Below, piece by piece: positions 59,279 to 64,000 of a DNA stretch of 64,000 nt. Numbering within the stretch: position 1 is the stretch's first letter; every line of letters begins with the position of its first letter. Source of the DNA: Amoebidium appalachense (lineage: Eukaryota > Protista > Ichthyosporea); assembly GCA_963693365.1 (NCBI GenBank), contig CAVNZM010000002.1:1364001-1428000 (forward strand), in the 5' to 3' direction. Position numbers and translations under genes: made by a program. A model generated the notes under the pieces. The model saw nothing but the letters and a program-made list of their open reading frames with translations, had not been told where the DNA came from and did not search any database.

Positions 59279-59925
59279 TGAGAGAAAAAGGGGGGGGGGG
59301 GGGGGGGGGGAAAGGGAGGGTGGGTGGGAGGGTGGGTGGGAGGGTGGGTGGGAGGGTGGGTGGGTGGGATCAAGGGAGGGTGGGGCGGATTGAGGGAGGG
59401 AGGGAGGGACGGAGAGAGAGTGTGTGTGAATTGGTGTCGTGTGTGCCATGGTGTGGGTGTGTTCCAGATTCGTGTCAGCGACAAACAAGGGCAAAGCAGA
59501 GCACGATGCATGTCGTGGCCGAGAGATAGATGCCAAATAGAGCCAAACCCAAAATTCTTCGTGGTCGATGAGGGGCTAGGACGGAGAGGAGGGGGAGGAA
59601 GGGGGGGAGGGGGGGGAGGGCGGTTCTCTGACTGACACAGAGAAGAAGTAGAGAGGGGAATGAACGAATCTAACAGAGACAGGAGGGAAGGAGGTGATTG
59701 TACCCTCTGTACGTGTGTGCGTTCAAGTATGAGTGCGTCTGCGCGGGCTTGTGTGCATGCGTGCGCACGAGTATGTGCGTGTAGGTATGCATTTGTCTTT
59801 TTTGTTTTGTTTTTGTGTGTGTATTTCTGTGTGTGGTTTGTGTGCATATACGCTTGTGTGTACGTGTGCCAAGCTTGTGTGTGTGCGTGTGTACACGTGT
59901 GTGTATGTGTGTATGTGTGTATGTG

Positions 59926-60007
<82 letters not shown>

Positions 60008-60407
60008 ATGCATGTGTCCACATACCCCAGGTCCGCACCAGCATAGTCATCCCCATTATCCTCCAGCTCCAAGTCATCCTTTGTGTCTCCCAGCATCTCT
60101 CCATGGTCCCCACCCTCCACGTCCACCTGCTCCTGTACATACAATAATCAGATCATGACCACTGTCGAAATAAGAAACAAGATTCCTAGCAAACAAACAA
60201 CCAGTGTCTCTTTCTCTCTCTCTCTTTCTCCCTCCCCCCCTCCCCCCTTCCCCCCAGGGAACACACACACCAAACAGGTACGTGTAGTACATACACATGC
60301 ACATGAGCATGTACACACACAGGCACAGAGACGACACGCGTCCACACAGGCACACGTTCACATACACCCCACCAACTCAACAACGTTACTATGCCAGCAT
60401 CTAAATC

Positions 60408-60439
<32 letters not shown>

Positions 60440-60454
60440 AGGGGGAGGGGGGAG

Positions 60455-60491
<37 letters not shown>

Positions 60492-60676
60492 CGTGAAAGA
60501 GGGTGTTTCTGCGCTAATATGGAACTGTGGGTGTGCTCGTGCAGGTATGTGAGCAAAAGATCGGCCACGAGGGGTTCGGGAAAGCAAAATGCATGTGGGA
60601 AAGAGCCTCCCCTGGGGCGGACTAATGGATGTTTGTCCGTTTGTGCATGTGCCCGTGTTTTTTTTGTTTTTTTTTC

Positions 60677-60716
<40 letters not shown>

Positions 60717-60938
60717 GGGGGGGGGCGGGGGTTGGAATCAGGCATGTCTGTGTGCAAGTCGTGTGATCGTGGGCTAGTGTGGTGTGCTTGTGCATGTCTG
60801 CCACTGGTGTGTGTGTGTGTGCGGGCGCGCATGTGGGTGTACGTGCAGGCAAGTGTATGTAACTGGGAAACCGGGGGGGGGGGGGGGGGGGGGGGGGGGA
60901 GGGGGGGGGGGGGGAGCGGGAGGGGGGGGGGGGGGAGG

Positions 60939-60976
<38 letters not shown>

Positions 60977-61527
60977 GACGAACCTCGTAGGTGTGCTTTG
61001 CAATGGATGCCTGGGTCAGGCGATAGACATAGACCGACACCCCGATGCCAAAGATCACCCCCACCACGATCAGCGCAATTTCCCACCAATCTGTGTGCCG
61101 CATACATATAACCCAATCAGTGTGTCATAAAAACATAATCGGAAATTGGTGGGTGAACATCACGGCAACACCATTCTTAAAATGATTTGTCATCTCCACC
61201 CTACTACTCTGCCCTCCTCCCCCCACCCTCATCCTCTTCCCCTGAAATCTCTACACATGCTGTATGCACGCAGGCAAGCATGCACACAAGCACGCACACA
61301 CACATGCGCGGACGCACACACCATCACAGAGAATAGGAAAAAGGCCTAACAGAATGGGAGATTCTGCAGGAAGGAAAGCAGGGGACCCGAAACTGCACAC
61401 TTACAAACACAAACACACAAGCACACCCCTGCACACAATAAACACAGAGAGGAACTTTAACCAGACCCACCCACCCACCCACCAGCGCCTATACCAAGCC
61501 GTATGAGGCGAGGCGAAATAAATCGAT

Positions 61528-61562
<35 letters not shown>

Positions 61563-62034
61563 CCCCCAAGCCACCGCCCGCCAATACATCACCACAACAC
61601 AACAACACGTCACACCTTGCGACATACCAACCATCACACGCACAAACCACACCTCTGCCCATGCATCCCCTCCCTCCCCCCCCAAAGACCACACAGACCT
61701 TCCTCCCCTTCCGCCCCCTCTGCCCCCCCCCCCCCCCCCCCCCCCTCCCCCCCCCTTGCCCCATCCCCTTCTTTAAAAAGACATCACCAGAGCCCACGTA
61801 CTCTTCTTTCCTCCTCCCCCCTCTGTCAGCTCCTGTATGCTGTGTAGTGAGGCCCCGACTGCAACGTGTGCCATCACTGCAGAAAAACACAAAGTCAGCA
61901 CACATGTTCCTCTCCCCCCCCCCCCCCCCCCCTTCCCCCCCCCTCCCCCCCTAATGCACCCTTCAGAAACTTATGTTGCCACTTCATCAACCTCCACCCC
62001 CCTCCCCCCCCCCTCCCCCCACATCTCCGCTCAC

Positions 62035-62100
<66 letters not shown>

Positions 62101-62903
62101 GAACTTTCCCCAACCCTTCATTATCAGACACCCACCCACTACCTACACCCAGGGCCATACCGACGTGCTCTCAACTTCCATAATTGTACTGCATACTGGC
62201 AGAACCTGTGTCTGCTAACAAAGGAAAAGCAACTTATGGCAAACTATGAAAAAAAAATGTTTCGACTGAAGGCAAAGGGTGTTCTGTACACAGTACTAGG
62301 TTGGTTAGGAATGAGAGCCATGAAACTGGGAGGGAATAATGATTGAGAAAATGTGTAGTCATTCTCACAACTTGAGTATCCTCCTCCCCCCTCCCCCGCC
62401 CCCCCCCCCCCCCCCCCGAAAAAAACAAAAAAAAACCCCGCTGCCCACCCAACCCTCAGACACACATGCACGGGAACACAACCCTCTCTCTTCCTCTCCC
62501 ACTGTCCGCTCTCCTACCTCCCGTTGCTTTTCGTTCTCTTCCTGCTACTTTCAATGGTTCGCTGCTTCCTCTAAAGGTTTAGGTTGCCTGGTTGGAAGGT
62601 TGATAAAGGGCAAAAAGGGAGAGGGGAGAGGGGGAGGGGGGGGGGGGGGGGGGGGGGGTATGCATTAGATGTGGCACCATGGAAACTCGGACGTTGAAAA
62701 ACCACCAAGATCCAAACATAAAACTCCATCAAAACATGCAGGCAAGTACGATTATCCGGGGGGAGGGGGAGGGGAGGGTTTAACCTTTGACAAGACTCCC
62801 GGCTGTGGCCAGGAAAAAAGTGACAAAGCGCACATGGGCAGCAGCAAGCACCCAATTCATAATGCCGTAGGGGTAGGGTGCTATGCGCAGTAGCAGCACT
62901 AGC

Positions 62904-62944
<41 letters not shown>

Positions 62945-62947
62945 GTT

Positions 62948-63007
<60 letters not shown>

Positions 63008-63306
63008 TGTGTGTGTTTGTGTGTGTGTGTGTGAGGGTTGGTGTGTGTGCGTGTTGTATGTGCATGTGTGCGTGTGTGGACGGAGGTGTTGCCATGTGTG
63101 TTTTTGAACTAGAAGGTGATGCACAAGTGGGGGGGGGGGGGGGGGGGAGGGAGGGAGGGAGAGAGAGAGAGAAAGACGACTTGCAGGGAGAAATAATAAA
63201 GGATAAGCTTTTCAGTGTTTGGGTCCATATGCAATAGTCACCCAACCAGCGTGTATGGGTCATGCACAGCCCAGGCACCAGCCGAACCCCCCCCCCCCCC
63301 CCCCCC

Positions 63307-63338
<32 letters not shown>

Positions 63339-64000
63339 ACACACACCAAAAAACCAAGCCCATAGCGAACACTTGCGCGTTCACGTCCGAGAAAACATCC
63401 ACACCCTCCCCCCTCCCCCTCTCCTTCAACCTCTCTCCACCCCACTCCCCGCCCCCTTTCATCTGTTTCCCAATCCCCTTTCCCCTCCCTATGCACTTCA
63501 GTGCACACACACACACACACACACTCTCTCTCTCTCTCTCATCACTACATCCCTCTCCCCACCCCCCCCCCGTCCCCGCGCTGTCCAGCCCCACCGCCAT
63601 TGCCCCCGCACACATACACACCCACTCGCCCATACGCACCCATGCCCACCCACACATCTGCACACACCCTCACCCTCACACCTACACCCCTGTATATACC
63701 CATGCAGCCACACATACCCACATCCATACAACCACGCACACCCGCTCAACCACCCCCATCCACCCACACCTATCCTTATACCCACCACACACCCTCCTCC
63801 CCTCATACACCCAGCCCCATCCCCACCCATACACTCCCATACACCCAAATCCCCATACAGCCCCGCCCTCACCCCTCATACACACCCATACGCAATACCC
63901 CCGCCTCCACTCACACCTACCCCCACACCCATACACACACACCCGCACACCTTCAGGCCCTCGCTCTCCACCGCTCTCTTCATGGCTGCATATCTTGGGT
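59173..64000 (-). CDS. TVP38/TMEM64-family (SNARE-associated Golgi / VTT-DedA domain) membrane protein; 3' part only, 5' end beyond the window
   Basis: Exons 64000-63951 (PRYAAMKRAVESEGLK), 62902-62785 (LVLLLRIAPYPYGIMNWVLAAAHVRFVTFFLATAGSLVK), 61876-61802 (VMAHVAVGASLHSIQELTEGGGGKK), 61090-60984 (WWEIALIVVGVIFGIGVSVYVYRLTQASIAKHTYE), 60132-60026 (acidic tail), 59203-59173 (HSSLLSDFR*). LLRxxPxPxxxxN is the VTT-domain signature. Confidence 0.85.

Overview
Eukaryotic genomic DNA, intron-rich (GT-AG introns) and saturated with poly-C/poly-G tracts and (CA)n/(GT)n/(CT)n microsatellites, so nearly all entries in the ORF track are low-complexity artefacts. Splicing exons by eye gives seven genes: an ALDH12-type P5C dehydrogenase (minus, 307-3984); a small ankyrin-repeat protein ending in a CaaX box (plus, 12237-17502); PYROXD2 (plus, 19290-30922, 17 exons); DASH/Dam1 subunit Dad3 (plus, 42222-44342); an acyl-CoA oxidase (plus, 46106-53979); an intronless AAC4-like gene (minus, 56445 to about 57245/57485); and the 3' part of a TVP38/TMEM64 (VTT/DedA) gene running off the right end. 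There is also a frameshifted ABCG C-terminal fragment (about 40020-40461). Mobile DNA includes a 3-kb TIR element with a 7-bp TSD (8248-11246), a TIR element built of palindromic arrays (31694-32942) interrupted by a TSD-flanked non-LTR fragment, a tRNA-headed repeat carrying 36-39-bp-period hairpin arrays (about 33245-34900 and 38689-40000), and a dispersed repeat found mostly in introns. The most notable signals are (CA)n tracts replacing the polypyrimidine tract at many acceptors, in several cases opposite (GT)n at the donor, and the CRISPR-looking hairpin arrays that appear to derive from a tRNA 3' end. A unicellular opisthokont such as an ichthyosporean is a plausible host, but that is inference only. 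All family assignments come from motif recognition, not database searches.
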